From contig NC_090374.1 of assembly GCF_036365525.1 (NCBI RefSeq), forward strand, positions 121,589,191 through 121,653,190: a stretch of DNA of 64,000 nt. The letters are read 5' to 3'. This document shows, piece by piece, positions 25,135-39,400 of this stretch (position 1 is its first letter; each line of letters begins with the position of its first letter). The notes beneath the pieces were generated by a model. The model did no database searches and was not told the origin of the DNA. It saw nothing but the letters and a program-made list of their open reading frames with translations. The position numbers and the translations under genes are program-made. This DNA comes from Heterodontus francisci (taxonomy: Eukaryota).

Positions 25135-26365
25135 TTTTGTTCTTCATGGGATGTGGGCATCACTGGCAATGCCAGCATTCATTGCCCATCTCTAATTGGC
25201 CTTGAGAAGGTGGTGAGCCGCCTTGAACTGCTGTAGTGCATGTGATGTAGGTAAACCCACAATGCTGCTCGTGAGGGAGTTGCAGGATTTTCAGCACGAT
25301 TCATGACTCCTCAAATACTGAAGTAGTCCGTGTAGAAATGCAGCAAGACCTGGACAATATCCAGGCTTGGGCTGATAAGTGACCAGTAACATTTGCGCCA
25401 CATAAGTGCCAGGCAATGACCATCTCCAACAAGAGAGAATATAACCATCTCCCCTTGACATTCAATGGCATTACCATCGCTGAATCCCCCACTATCAACA
25501 TCCTAGGGGCTACCATTGACCAGAAACTGAACTGGAGTAGCCATATAAATACCGTGGCTACAAGAGCAGGTCAGAGCTAGGAATCCTGAGGCGAGTAACT
25601 CACCTCCTGACTCCCCAAAGCCTGTTCACCATCTACAAGGCACAAGTCAGGAGTGTGATGGAATACTCTCCACTTGCCTGGATGGGTGCAGCTTCAACAA
25701 CACTCAAGAAGCTCGACACCATCCAGGACAAAGCAGCCCGCTTGATTGGCACCCCATCCACAAACATTCACTCCCTCCACCACCAACGCACAATGGCAGC
25801 AGTGTGTACCATCTACAAGATGCACTGCAGCAACGCACCAAGACTCCTTAGACAGCACCTTCCAAACCTGCAACCTCTACCACCTCGAAGGACAAGAGCA
25901 GCAGATGCATGGGAACATCACCACCAAGTTCCCGTCCAAGTCACACACCATCCTGACTTGGAACTATATTGCCATTCCTTCACTGTCGCTGGGTCAAAAT
26001 CCTGGAACTCCCTTCCGAACAGCACTGTGGGTGTACCTACCTCACATGGACTGCAGCGGTTCAAGAAGGCAGCTCACCACCACCTTCTCGAGGGCAATTA
26101 GGAAGGATGGGCAATAAATGCTGGCATAGCCAGTGACACCCACAACCCATGAATGAATTAAAAAAAATTTTTTTTGACCGTGTCAGTGAAAGAATGGCGA
26201 TGTATTTCCACAGGCAGGATGGTGTGTGACTTGGAGGGGAACTTGCAGATGGTGGTGTTCCCATGCGTCCCCTGCCCTTGTTCTTCTAGGCGGTAGAGGT
26301 CGCGGGTTTGGAAGATGCTGTTGAAGGGGGCTTGGCGAGTTGCTGCAGTGCATTTTGTAAATGGT
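25135..26365. mobile_element. LINE-A (+) copy 25291-26168 inserted in a LINE-A (-) 3' fragment (25135-25290 plus 26170-26365)
   Basis: The flanks rejoin as gggagttgcaggatttt|gacc..cagtgaaagaatgg, which is the minus-strand family sequence. Confidence 0.8.
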
Positions 26366-26700
26366 ACAAAAGCAAAATACTGCGGATGCTGGAAATCTGA
26401 AATAAAAACAGAAAATGCTGGAAAATGTCAGCAAGTCTCGAAGTATCTGTGGAGAGAGAGAGAAACAGTTAACATTTCAGGTCGATGACCTTTCATCAGA
26501 ACTGGAAAAATTAGAGATGTAACAAGTTTAAAGTAAATACAGAGACAGGAAAAGTGGGGAGAGGAGGAAAAGAACGAGGGAACATCTGTGATAGGGTGGA
26601 AGACAGGAGAGATTAATTGACAAAGGAGATGATAGTGCATGGAAAATTGGGACATAATGGGACAAGTAAAGAAACAAAAGATGTGTCTGAGGAGGTGTTC
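26366..26700. mobile_element. Penelope-like terminal repeat fragment
   Basis: aagcaaaatactgcggatgctggaaatctgaaataaaaacagaaaatgctgg..gatgacctttcatcagaactgg, recalled as a common shark repeat. Confidence 0.55.
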
Positions 26701-27589
26701 ATGGGAAAATGCCAATCATTCCCAGAAGCTGCCTTTCTTCTTTGTGTCTTTCCCCTTTCAGATGCCCAAGACCTGCAACTTGCCAGATAGTAGTGGAACA
26801 GCAGAAAGACAGTGTTAGAGAAGAAGCAGTGTCACTCGCTCTCATACTCGCAACCACCAGCTCAGATACTGACACTGCACGTACTTTAGAGGATAGATGA
26901 GAGGCAGGATCTGCATGTGGTGAGACACTGGGCATGAGTGGTCTGCCGTGGGGGCAGGGGACAAGGGTGGCATAGGTGCTAGCTTTCCAGAGGGTGAGGT
27001 CACACACGAGTTCTGTTGCAGAGGACTCAGATGAGGACTTCGGTGGGGTGGCTTACAGAGCAAGGCTGATGGGTATGCATTGGCAGGCCTGCCAGAAAGC
27101 TTGAGGTCCGTGTTAAGGAGCATGGAAGAGTCTAGCAAAAAATTGATACAGGGCTTTGTGCAGAGCTTGGAGCCCATACTTTCCAGTATGAAAGTAGTGG
27201 CCAACTCCGTCAACTCACTTGCAGATCCAACTATGATGCCCAGAGCTACTCAAGGGTGTCCTGCAAGGCCATCTGCAGTCTGCCCCACTGAAAGTCAGCA
27301 GCTTTCCACCAGCTATGCTGCAGCCACTGGGGTAGCACTGTGTAGGAGCACTAGGACAGACAAAGGCACACAGGGGAAGGATAAGGGTGTTTAGTTGATG
27401 CTTCTATGCAATACAGCATGGTTTGATAAATTTGGTTTGGAATATTTATTTTGTGGTAGCTTTTATTTGATTATTTTGGCAAGCAGATGTTGTGATGGTC
27501 AGTAACAGAGAGAAGGTAAGGGGTGGGATTGTTAGTGAATGGGGAATTGGGGTTGTGTTTATGGTATTGCAGTTGGATGGGTCGATTAC

Positions 27590-28625
27590 AGGCAGTCTGG
27601 CCAGAAAGGAGCTGTGTTGGTTACCTCCTCCTGGCCTCCTCCTCATCCTCCTCCTACTCAACTGGTAGCTGTATAGCTGGTGGTAAGGGCTGTGCCCTCA
27701 TGATGGTGAGGCTGTGCAGCAAACCACAAATTTTGACGTGTTCTTCCAAGTATTGCAGGGCTCATCCAGAGTGGTCTCGGCAGTGGAAGTGTTGATTCAG
27801 CACCTCAGTGGTTTTCCCGATCACATTTTGGATGGCAGCATAGCTTTTATTGTATGCAGGCTGTGCACCAGTGCCTGGGAGTCATTAGCTATGTCGTCAA
27901 AACATAACCCCGTTGCCCTGTAACCACCCTCTGGTTTGTTGTGGCTCAAATGCAAATGCACAATGGACAGCCGCAGAATGAAAGCATCGTGACTGCTACT
28001 TGGATGTGGGGCATTGACATGCATGATACTTCGGAACAGGAGTAGGCCACTTCGCCCTTTGAGATATGCTGTGTATGTTTGCACAGCAGCAGGATGTTGA
28101 GGGAGTGGAATCCATTTCGGTTGTGGTACATCACAGAATTAACGTGTGGGGCCCGCAAAGCAACATGCGTGCAGTCAATCGCACCCTGCACCATTGGGAA
28201 GCCTGTAATCTACACAAAGCCACATTCATGCTCCTTTTCTCTGACGAGAGGAATGAATTGTATTCAGCTCTCTTGGAATATGGAGCCTCAGTGACCTCCC
28301 TTGTGCAATAGTGGACAGCAAACAGGGAGATGTTGAAAATATCACCTGCTCCAGTCTGGAAGGAGCCAGATGAATAACGATTCACAGTCACTGGCAATGC
28401 TGTTATTTCCCTGTTCTGAGGTTGCAGTTGTGGCTGCAGCAGGTGGCAGATTTAATGAGGAAGTTTTTGCAGTAAAGCGGAGATGTCTGACATGTTATTC
28501 CTCGCTGAGGTTGGGGTAGGAGATTTGCTACCTGAACATCCTGGGTGGATATGGCCCCCTGCTGAGAGTCTTCCTCCCCTCATCCTCCTCCCTCCTCCAT
28601 AAGATTGTCTTGCACTGTGTCGCCT
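27590..28625 (-). pseudogene. Harbinger (HARBI1-like) DDE transposase remnant
   Basis: VQGAIDCTHVALRAP..YHNRNGFHSLN, SSHDAFILR, GSFQTGAGDIFNIS..VHYCTREVTEA; several frameshifts. Confidence 0.85.
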
Positions 28626-28629
28626 TTGC

Positions 28630-29595
28630 TCATTCTCCCTGTAATAAATGTAATGTTTCCAAATTCGCAGATGACACAAAACCCGATGGGAATGTGTATT
28701 GTGAGGAAGATGTAAAGCGGCTTCAAGGCAATTTGGACAGACTTAGTGAGTGGGCAAGAGCATGGCAGATGGAATATAATGTGGAAAAATGTGAGATTAT
28801 CCATTTTGGTAGGAGGGATAGATGTGCAGAGTATTTCTTAAATGGTAAGAGCTTAGAAAGTGGAGATGTATGAAGTGACCTGGGTTTCCTTGTCAATAAG
28901 TCACTGAAAGCTAACATGCAGGTGCAGCAAACAATTATGAAGGCTAATGGTATGTTAGTCTTTATCACAAGAGGATTTGAGCACAGGAGTAGTGAAGTCT
29001 TGCTTCAATTGTATAGAACCTTGGTTAGACCGCACCTGGAGTACTGTGTGCAGTTTTGGTCCCCTTACCTTAGGAAGGATATTATTGCCATAGAGGGAGT
29101 GCAACGAAGGTTCACCAGACTTCTTCCTGGAATGGCAGGACTGTTCTATGAAGAGAGATTGGGGAAACTGGGCCTGTATTCTCTAGAATTGCAGAGAATG
29201 AGAGGTGATCTCATTGAAACCTACAAAATACTTAAAGGGATAGACAGGGTAGATGCAGCTAAAATGTTTCCCCTGGTTGGGGAGTCTAGAACCAGGGGAC
29301 ACAATTTCAAAATAAGGGGGAAACCACTTAGGACCGAGATGAGAAGAAATTTCTTTGCTCGGAGGGTTGTGAATCTTTGGAATTCTCTACCCCAGAGGGC
29401 TGTGGAAGCTCAGTCATTGAGTATGTTTAAAGCAGAAATGGACAGATTTCTAAATTTCAATGACATAAAGGGATATGGGAGCATATTCCGTGTGGGGAAA
29501 AAGGCATTGAAGTGGATGATTAGCCATGATCGTATTGAATAGCAGAGCAGGCTCGATGGGCTGAATGGCCTACTCCTGCTCCTATATTCCTGTCA
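28630..29595 (+). mobile_element. CR1 LINE 3' part (RT C-terminus, 208-aa ORF 28916-29542)
   Basis: SKFADDTK, LYRTLVRPHLEYCVQFWSP..RGDLIETYKI..TRGH; CR1 tail ggctgaatggcctactcctgctcctat. Confidence 0.92.
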
Positions 29596-31689
29596 TGCGA
29601 TAGTCCAAGGGCAATGCCTACTTCTGCACCCATGGGAGTAAGTGGTTTGTGCCGAACTCTTGAAGTCAGGACAAATTCCTTCACTATACCACTCCCTGTA
29701 GGCTTTGGCAACTTAAAATTACTGTAGAAACCACCATACTCTTCTACAATGGCATCAGCAGTCACTTACCTGAAAGTGGTGATGGTCCCTTTAAGTGGTG
29801 GGGGGGGCTCCTTCCTATTGCTGAATACGTGTTCAACTGTTCGCGTGCTGTGCAAGGTTAAGATAGCGAGTTAGCTGGAATGTTGAGGTCCAAAATGGCA
29901 GTGCTGGTATCAAATCAGCATTACATTCTGATTGACTTCACAGTTTACCTACACTGTATATTTCTGGCTGACACTCCTGCATGCGCACCAATGACCTCAC
30001 CAAAATGGTGTCTGGCGCAGCTCACAGCACAAGTACACATACTTCAGATACAGTTTTGGAGGCAAAATGGCACTTGTAGTGCTTCATTTTGTGACCATTA
30101 ATTTTTAAAAGATATTATTGTTCCTTGGCTTGTCACAATACTGATTCACGCTAGGGATGCTCACAAGTAGATCTCTAACAAGTAGTTATTATATCATTGC
30201 TAAAATTGCCATTTCTAGCACAACCATTATTTTTTTCTCCTAGCACGAGCCAGTAACTGCTCTAATGGATCTGGTCATCAAATATTCAGTGACATCCAAT
30301 GCTGCTCTTGGCTGCCATTTGTATTAAAAGTACTTTGCTTTGATTAGAGTCCTTGTTTAAAAACTGATTTAAAACTTGTCAGTGTTTCAGTTATATTACT
30401 CGAGTTCATATTTGTTTTTAGTACTGCTGGTAAATGGTGACTCATCTGTGTGAGAACAGATTATTACAATTCCAGAGGTGAAGATAACAGGAAGTTGATA
30501 GTCGAATGCTTTGAAAGAGCCTGCTTGTGCATTTAGATCTGAAATTTGTTGCTATTGATTGATCTTAATAACATCCTCAAATTTCATCAGTAATTTCCTA
30601 TTTTCAGGCTTTGTAACACCCAGCCAATTGTTTGATGCAGCTTGCACACTCAGCTGAATGTTCTGTCCACAGCTGTCCGTTACAACCATCCTCTCTGGGA
30701 AAATTATTCATGGCTTATCGATTGCAGATTTTGTACACTTGTCAAAATATTTCTTCTCTGAGTGGGTTAAATGGAGAATGTGAATGCTGCAGTATGTAAT
30801 GTGCATGATTAGTATTTAAATCAAATAAGTGTACTTAATTTTTGTAAAAGAATTTTTACAAATCTTGGGCGTATTTTCTACCTTTACATTGGCAGGCAGA
30901 GGAAAATATTCTCTTTACAGCAATCCTTATGTACTACCATGCTAGATATGAATTTACCCCCTGGATTGTCCAGAATGTATGTTCCATCTTCCACTAGATT
31001 GCTGGAGGAAAGCAATGAGTGACATGGTAGGGTTGTCTAAATAGATTTTCCACATTCTTGATAAGCCAGCACCAGTAGAACTATAACCCAGCAAGAGATG
31101 CTACTTGCAGAAGAGAAAGATATTATGGGGAGTGGCTACTTGGTTCCAAATGGATGCTTCGCAATTCTAAAGCAAAGGAGATCCTGCATTTATGAGACTG
31201 TTCGCATTGAGATGTGTAACTCTAACTGCCATTATAAAAGTTGCAATAGGATCACATTGGAATAATATTTCAGAACACTTGGAAATAATGAAAGGACATT
31301 AGAGAGCACCATTCAGATATTTTAAGACCATCTCTAAATGCTCTCCTGCGAGCAGTAAAATGGAAGAAAATCAGGTTGTGTGAATATAATTTAAAAATGT
31401 CAATGGTCCTGCATTATGACTAAAATAGTGTAACAACTTACTGTACATACTTGGTCCATGAGACAATATTCTAACAGCTTAACCTGTCAGGAGATTAGAG
31501 TTTTGGTTTAGACTATTTAATTAGATAGTGATGAGTATCTACTGGCAGGTTGAATTATTGTCAACATTATTTTTTAGCTTCTTTAGTCAGAACTATTAGG
31601 GAATGATTGTATCTTATAATGTTAGCTAGTCTTTATTTGCATGTTTTCATATTTTTAAAGAACGTAAGTATTTTTTGGTTTAGCATGAT

Positions 31690-32185
31690 ATAGCTAAGCG
31701 CACCAAAAACTAATAATGCGAAGAAGAGTAGTAAGCCTGAGGATTCAGAGAGTTTTAGAAAACAGCAAAAGATGACCAAAAAATTGATGATGGAGAAAAT
31801 AGAACATGAGATTAAGCTAGGAAGAAATATAAAAACATATTGCAAGAGCTTCTATAAGTATGTGTAAAGGAAGAGAGTAGCAAGAGTAAATTTGGGTCTC
31901 TTTAAAGCTGAGACAGGAGAAATTATATTGGTAAATAAGGAAATCGCAGAGACATTAAACAACTATTTTGTGTCTGTCTTCACTGTAGAAGACACAAAAA
32001 CCATTCTAGAGATAGTGGAAATCAAGGATTTAATGAGAATGAGGAACTTAAAGTAACTGATATTAGTAAAGAAAAAGTACTTGAGAAATTAATGGAACTG
32101 AAAGCTGACAGATCCCCTGAACTTGAGGGCCTACATCCTAGGGTTCTAAAAGAGGTGGCTGCAGCGATAGTGGATGCATTGTTTG
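31690..32185 (+). mobile_element. CR1 LINE internal fragment
   Basis: Region between APE and RT (..LNNYFVSVFT..LHPRVLKEVA). Confidence 0.7.
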
Positions 32186-32194
32186 TGATAGTCA

Positions 32195-33000
32195 TTACAA
32201 CATAGAAGGGGGCCATCCGTCCCATTGATTCAATGTTGGCTCTCTGTAGAGCAATCCAGTCAATCCCATTCCCCCCTTCTACCCCCATAGACCTGCAAGT
32301 TTATTTCCCTCAAGCGCTTATCCAATTTTGAAATCATTAATCGTCTCAACTTCCACCACCCTCGTAGGCAGATAGTTCCAGGTCATTACCGCTTACTGCG
32401 TTTAAAAAAAAAAGTTCTTCCTCATGTCCCCTTGGCATCTCTTGCCCAAAACCTCATATCTGTGTCCCATAGTCCTTGTACCATCAGCTAATGGGAACAG
32501 CTTTTCTTTCACTACCTTATTTAAACCTGTCATAATCTTGTACTCCTCTATCAAATCTCTCCTCAATCTCCTTTGCTCCAAGGAGAACAATTCCAGCTTT
32601 TCCAGCATGACCTTGTAGCTAAAATCCCTCATTCCTGGAACCATTCTGGTAAATCTCCTCTGCACCCTCTCAAGGACCCTCACATCCTTTCCAAAGTATG
32701 ACCAGAACTGGAGACAATACTCTAGTTGTGGCCTAACCAGAGCTTTATAAAGGTTCAGCATAACTTCCTTGCTGTAACTCAGTAACTCTATGTATGAAGC
32801 TCAAGATTCTATAAACTTTAGTCACGTCTCTCTCAAGATGTCCTGCCACCTTCAAGGATCTGTGCACATGGACCAAAGGTGTCTCTGTGCCTGTGTACTC
32901 TTGATAACTGTGCCTTTAAGTCTATATTGCCTCTCCCTATCCCTTCTGTCAAAATGCATTACTTCACACTTCTCTGTATTAAATTCCATCTGCGACTTGA
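32195..33000 (-). mobile_element. CR1 LINE 3' fragment
   Basis: LYKALVRPQLEYCLQFWS..RDLIEEYKIM. Confidence 0.85.
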
Positions 33001-33828
33001 GTTGAGAAAAATATAAACATTTCATGTTACGCAGTAAGTCAAATGTTCAAATGTTTCATAATCTCCTCCGGCCTACTGATTTTTATAGTGAGATATTAAA
33101 ATTGTTTACAAACCAATGTAATGGGAAATAGCTGGTGGAGCCAACTGCTTGTTCTGAAATTCATACTTGTAATTGTCATCTTTTAAAATTCTTATTTACC
33201 CCACTATCTATAAAACATATTTCAACTATGCACCTGTAACAATGTACCTCACCAACCAGCGGGTGAGTGTTCAAAAATTTCAGTGTGCTTGTTTTCTGAT
33301 CTGTGCTGGGGCACATTGCTGCCAGACTATCTTCAAAACAACATTTAGGCTCTTGTTTTCCAACAACTTATTTTGGCTTAATTGCAAACATTCCTATTTT
33401 TCATTACTTTTCTACTGCTTTATTCTGGCTCTGTACCCTTTATGTTTGTATATACAGAGGGATTTTACAGATGTTTATATTCAAGTTTTTAAGACTCAAT
33501 TATTTATTTTGAATAGGATGTGTGTGTTCTGCAGCCTTGCACTTTTAGGTGTACATTTTAGAATGGTGGGGGTGAGTGCACAAGGGCTGCAGACAAAATA
33601 ATGAGCAAGGTGGCAGGACCAGCAGCTTAATGCAGTGGAAGGTTCAAGCAGGTGAGTATCAAGTACGAGGTAGTAGGTTCATTTGAGAGACCTGATGACT
33701 GGCAGGTTGCATGGGATGGGAAAAGAGTTAAAATAGCTGAAAGGTAAGTTCATACAAGTATGCAAAGCAATTCTAAGCATTAATAGGAACTGGGTATCAG
33801 ATGCAAGGCTTATAAATATCTCGAATAT

Positions 33829-34729
33829 TGTCATGCTGGCCCCCACCTGCCCAGAATGAGGCACATTGGTTTTGTCATATGAACATTGATTTTGAACTGT
33901 TGCTGGAACGAGGAAATGACTTGAACAGATCAGCTGTGGCTGGAAAAAACATTTGCATATTAACAGACGGTACTTGTGTAGACAAAGGACCATTTCCTGA
34001 CACATTCAACCCACAATGGAAGTTGATCACCAGACAGTGAAGGGGTGGGGAAGCACATTCCAGGGCCTGCTGGGGTGACACAATCCACAGGGGCCAGGAT
34101 TGGTTGGACCAGCTGGTCACATGACTAACTGGCTGTTCCAGGGGTTTTTGAATCAGCCACAGAGAGTTTGAACTCAAAGACTGTTTGCTCCTGGACTGAG
34201 AAGATCTCTTCTGTCTGCTCCGATCTCTTTCTCACAAGCCTCTGAATCCACTGAACAGACATAAACCCCGAGAGAAAAAAGTCTCCTACAGCAAACAAGG
34301 TTCAAGAAGAATACTGGTCCCCAATGAAAAGCAAGATCTACCTACAATCAAGAACTCTACAGTGAGCTTGAAGAACCATAACAAAAATTCTTCAGATATT
34401 GCTTCAGACTTTTCCATTTTATTTTTCTTCTGTTTTCTATCTCCATTTGCATGTGTGTATCGCATATGCAAGCTAGCGTGGGCGTGTTGTGTATCTGTGG
34501 GCGTCAACCGAATTTGAGTTTAAGTTTAATGAATTTCAACCTTTCTTCTTTAAACCGAAGAAAACCTGTTTGTGCTGGTTTCTTTGCCTTATAATTGGAA
34601 AGCGGTGAACAAGGATTCACCGAGGGGGAGTTAAAAAAAAAAAGTGTTTTAAAAATTAAACCCTGTTACGGTAAGACCAGGTGAAGGCTGAGAGGGACTC
34701 CTAGACCCTTTTCTCACCTGGTCGTAACA
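33829..34729 (+). mobile_element. Solo LTR followed by a (TA)n microsatellite
   Basis: TGTCA..TAACA termini, ~900 bp non-coding, AT-rich near-TSD (atat / aaat). Confidence 0.65.
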
Positions 34730-35204
34730 AAATATATATATATATATATATAGTATTAAAAAGATAGGTATTGCAGAAAATGTGTCATCTACATGCATCC
34801 TCATACTCTATTGTGCAATTTAACTCCGTGCTTGTGAAGTGCTAGGTAGTATGTTTTTTAAAATATTTCAGGCTCCTCCAAAATTTGATTTCTCTGTTCA
34901 CAAATATTTTCCAGTCGTCAAGTTAGTCTTACTCCAGTGGAGATAATGGATGCAGTTTGCGTAATGAGCTGAAATTCAAGACTTGAAACATTTTGCTCCA
35001 GCTGTGGCTATGTTCCAGAATACTAGAATGGGACTGTGTAAAATTCGGAGCCGTGAGGCACATCAACAGCAATGCTTTGTATTTGCTGCTGTACTGTGTT
35101 AATACTGTGTCTGGAATTTAAAAAAACACATTTAAAATTTGTTTTGATTGCAGTAGTAGATAAAAGGGAAGTGTTTCACTCAGCATAACCATTCTACATG
35201 TTAG

Positions 35205-36120
35205 AATCATAGAGAGTTTATGGCATAGAAAGAGGCCACATGGCCCATCGTTTCTGCGCCTGCCAGGAAAAAAAAAGCCACCCAGTCTAATCCCAGTTTT
35301 CAGCATTTGGTCTGCAGCCCTGCAGATTATGGCACTTCAGGTGCACATCCGGATACCTTTTAAATGAGATGAGGGTTTCTGCCTTTACCACCTTTTCAGG
35401 CAGTAAGTTCCAGACCGCCACCATTCACTGGGTGAAAAAATGTTTCCTCATTTCCCCTCTAATCCTTCTACCAATCACTTCTAATCCATGCCCCCGAGTC
35501 ACTGTCCTCTCTGCTAAGGTAAATAGGCTCTTCCCATCCATTCTAACCAGGCCTCTTACAATTTTGTATATTTCAATCAAATCTCCCCCCAGCCTTTTAT
35601 TTTCCAAGAAGAACAAACCCAGCCTATCCAATCTTTCCTCAGAGCTGCAATTTTCCAATCCTGGCAACATCCTCATAAATCTTCTCTCTAGTGCAATTAC
35701 ATCCTTTCTGTAATGAGGTGACCAGAACTGTACTCAAGTTGTGGCCTAACTAATTTATAAAGTTCCAGCATAACCTCCCTACTCTTATATTCTAAAACGT
35801 AGCTAATAAAGGAAAGGATTCCATATGCTTTCTTAACTGCTTATCGACCTGTCCTGCTACCTTCAGGGATCTGTGGACACACACTCCAAAGTCCCTCAGT
35901 TCCTCTGCACCTCTCCGTATTCTCCCATTTATTGTGTATTCCTTTGCCTTGTTTGACCTCCCCAAATGCATCACCTCACACTTCTCTGGGTTAAATTCCA
36001 TTTGTCACATTTCTGCCCACCTGAGCAGTCCATTGATACCTTCCTGCAATCTACAGTTATTCTTGCTATCAACCACATGGCCAACTTTTGTGTTGTCTGC
36101 AAACTTCTTGATTATTCCCT
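35205..36120 (-). mobile_element. CR1 LINE 3' fragment
   Basis: MEFNPEKCEVMHLG, GDLIEIYKI..TRGH. Confidence 0.85.
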
Positions 36121-36439
36121 CTTACATCTACATAGATGGTTGTAACATTGTAAAAATTCATGCCTGAAATCTACATTTTTAAATTACCAACTGTTTCCAT
36201 TTATAAGATCATCATTTTTATCCTTTCCACTGGGAAAGAGGAAAATCAGGACAAGTAGTGAGGAAATGAAAATTGCTGAGGGCGAGGCACCTGACTTGGA
36301 TGGACTGGACTGAAATAGGAGGGCAACTAATAAAAAATCAGCACAAGAGTAGAACAGCTCATTAACTTAATGTATTTGTTTCTGTTCCAACCCTGCTGAC
36401 CTTTATTAGTGGTTAAATGATTCTTTATGACAATAGCCT

Positions 36440-39400
36440 ATTCGAGTCAAAGAGTCATGTACAGCAATCCAATCAGGCCCATGCCTTGGCTGTATCCCCT
36501 TAGCCCTGCACGTTTATTCCCCTCAAGTGCCCATCCAATTTCATTTTGAAATCATTCTTCATCTCCTCTTCCACCACCCTCAGTGGCAGCGAGTTCCAGG
36601 TCATTACCACTTGCTGTGTTTTAAATAAGAAATTCTTCTCACATCCCCCTGCATTTCTTGCCAAAACCTTACATCTGTGTCTCCTAGTCCTTGTACTATC
36701 AGCGAATGAAACAGCTTTTCTTTGTCTACTTTATCTAAACCTGCCATAATCTTGTACATCTTTGTCAAATGTCCCCTTAATCTCCTTTTCTCCAAGTAGA
36801 ACAATTCCAGCTTCTCCAACCTAACCTTGCAGCTAAAATCCCTCGTCCCTGGAACCATTCTGGTAAATCTCCTCTGCACCCTCTCCAGGACCCTCATATC
36901 CTTCCTTGGGTGATCAGAGCTGGATGCAATACTCTAGTTGTAGCCTAACCAGAGCTTTATAAAGGTTCAGCATAACTTCCCTGCTTTTGTACCCAATACC
37001 TCTATTTATGAAACCCAAGATTCCATATGCTTTGCTAACTGCTCTCTCAATATCTCCTGTCACCTTCAAAGACCAATGCGCATGCACCCCCAGGGTCCCT
37101 CCGTTCCTTTGTACGTTTTAGAACTGTCATTAAGTCTAAATTGCCTCTCCCTATCCCTTCTGCCAAAATGTATCACCTCACACCTCGGTGTATTAGATTC
37201 CATCTGCCACTTGTCTGCCCATTCTGCTCGCCTATTTATGTCCTTTTGCAGTCGATTGGCAGCATCCTCACTGTTTCCCACACCTCCAAGTTTGGTATCA
37301 ACTGCAAATTTTGAAATTTTACTCTGTATTCCAATATCCAGATCATTTATATATATCAAAAAGGCAGTGGTTCTAGCACTGACCCTTGGGGAATACCACT
37401 GTCTATCATCCTCCAGTCTTAAAAACAACCATTTACGACAACTCGCTGTTTTCTGCCCTTAAACCATTTTTTAAAATCCAAGTTGACACTCGCCCTCCTA
37501 TTTCATGAGGCTCAATTCTGTTAACTAGCCTTTTATGTGGTACCATGTCAAATGCTTTCTTAAGCTCTATACGGACCACAACCATTGTATTCCCTTCATC
37601 AACCTTCTCTATTACTTCATCAAAAAATTCATTTAGATTAGTCAAGCGTGATCTGCCTTTTACAAATCTGTGTTGGCTCTTAATTAACTCACATCTCTCC
37701 AAATGCCTGTTGTCCACCACCCCCCCCAGGATAATTGTTTCGAAAACCTTATCCACCACTGATGTTGAACTGACCAGCCTGTAGTTACTAGGAATGTCCT
37801 TACATTTCTTTCTTAAATAAGTGTGTCACATTTGTCACTCTCCAATCCTCTGGCACCTCCCCCATATCTAGGGAAGATTGGAAGATTATGGCAAGCCCTT
37901 CTGCGATCTCCACTCCCACTTCCTTTAGCAACCTGGAATGAAAGCCCTCTGGACTGGATGACTTAGTCACTCTAAGCATAGCCAACCTTTCCAGGTACAT
38001 CCTGTCTATCATTTTTCACCCCATCCATTATCTCCACCATTTCCGCTTCTACTGATTATTTTGTCAGCATCTGCTTCCTTAGCAAACACCAATATACAGT
38101 ACTCAATAAGTATTCTAGCCTTGCCTTGCACCTCTAAGAATATATCACCACTGTTGTCCCGAATAGGCCACTGCCTGCCTCTTGCACCAGCAGGTAAATA
38201 GTAAGCGGGTTGTAAGATTTTTGGGTTCCCTTTTGTGTTAACTGCCATTCTGTTCTCTCTTTGCCAGTCTTATTTTCTTCTTCACTTCCCTCTTTTTGTA
38301 TTGGTCTTGTTCTCGCTTGAAGGATTCACTTGACATGCATCGTACACCCTCTTTTTGTGATTCTTCATATTCTCTATCTCCCTCATCATCCAAGAAGTCC
38401 TGGCTTTGGTTCCTCGATCTTTCAACCTACTTGTAATGTACCTGGCCTATATTTGCAACATCTCTTCCTTAAAGATCACCCACTGTTCCGTTACAGTTTT
38501 TCCCGTCAGTCTTTGGTTCCATTTTACCCTGGCTGGATCCCTTCTCATCCCTTTGAAGATGGTCCTCTTCCTATTATTTTGAATTGTTCCTTGCTCTTCT
38601 CTATTACTAATCTGAACCTTTAAGATATGATGATCACTCTTACCCAAGTGTCCCCCACAGACACTTGGTCCACTTGGCCTTCCTCATTTCCCAGCACCAG
38701 ATCCAGGAGTGCCTCCCTCCTAGTTGGACTAAGAACATACTGGGTCAAGGAGGTCGTCCTGATCACATTTCTGAAATTCCCCCCCTCTCCTCACCCTTTA
38801 CTCTAACATTATCCCAATCTATATTTGGGTTCTTAAAGTCCTTCGGTATCACCACTCTATAGTTCTTGCACACCTCTGAGATTTCCCTGCAGAAATGAAC
38901 CTCTATATCTCTTTCATGATTTGGAGGCCTATAGAATGCCCCAGTATTGTGATCATATTCTTTCTGCTTCTCAACTCTGACCAAATGGATTCTGTCCTTG
39001 ACCCCTCTCGGACAGCCTCTTTTTCCAACACTACAATGTCTGAATGGTGCTGTCTCCTCAGCTCCCTTTTTTCCTTCTCTATATTTTCTGAACACTTTGT
39101 ATCCTTGAAAATTAAGTACTCCGTCCTCACCATTTTTAAGCCATGTTTACATTCTTGCCATTACATCATATTCCTACATGGTTATTTGTGCTTGTAGTTC
39201 ATAACCTTATCCACCACGCTTTGTGTCTTTACATATATGCATTCTAAACCTGTCCTTGTATTCCTTCTTAGTCTGCTATCTAATATGGTACAACTTCCTT
39301 CTCTACTACTATCCAACACTCATTCCTTTATGCACCTTATCACAGAATCCCAGAATTGTTACAGTGTAGAAGGAGGCTATTCGGCCCATCGTGTTTGCAC

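Larger units (their letters stand above)
23870..30097. mobile_element. Decayed autonomous PIF/Harbinger DNA transposon with nested retroelements
   Basis: Imperfect TIRs gggccacaaaatt / cattttgtgacca; convergent Myb/SANT (+) and HARBI1-type transposase (-) remnants. Confidence 0.7.
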
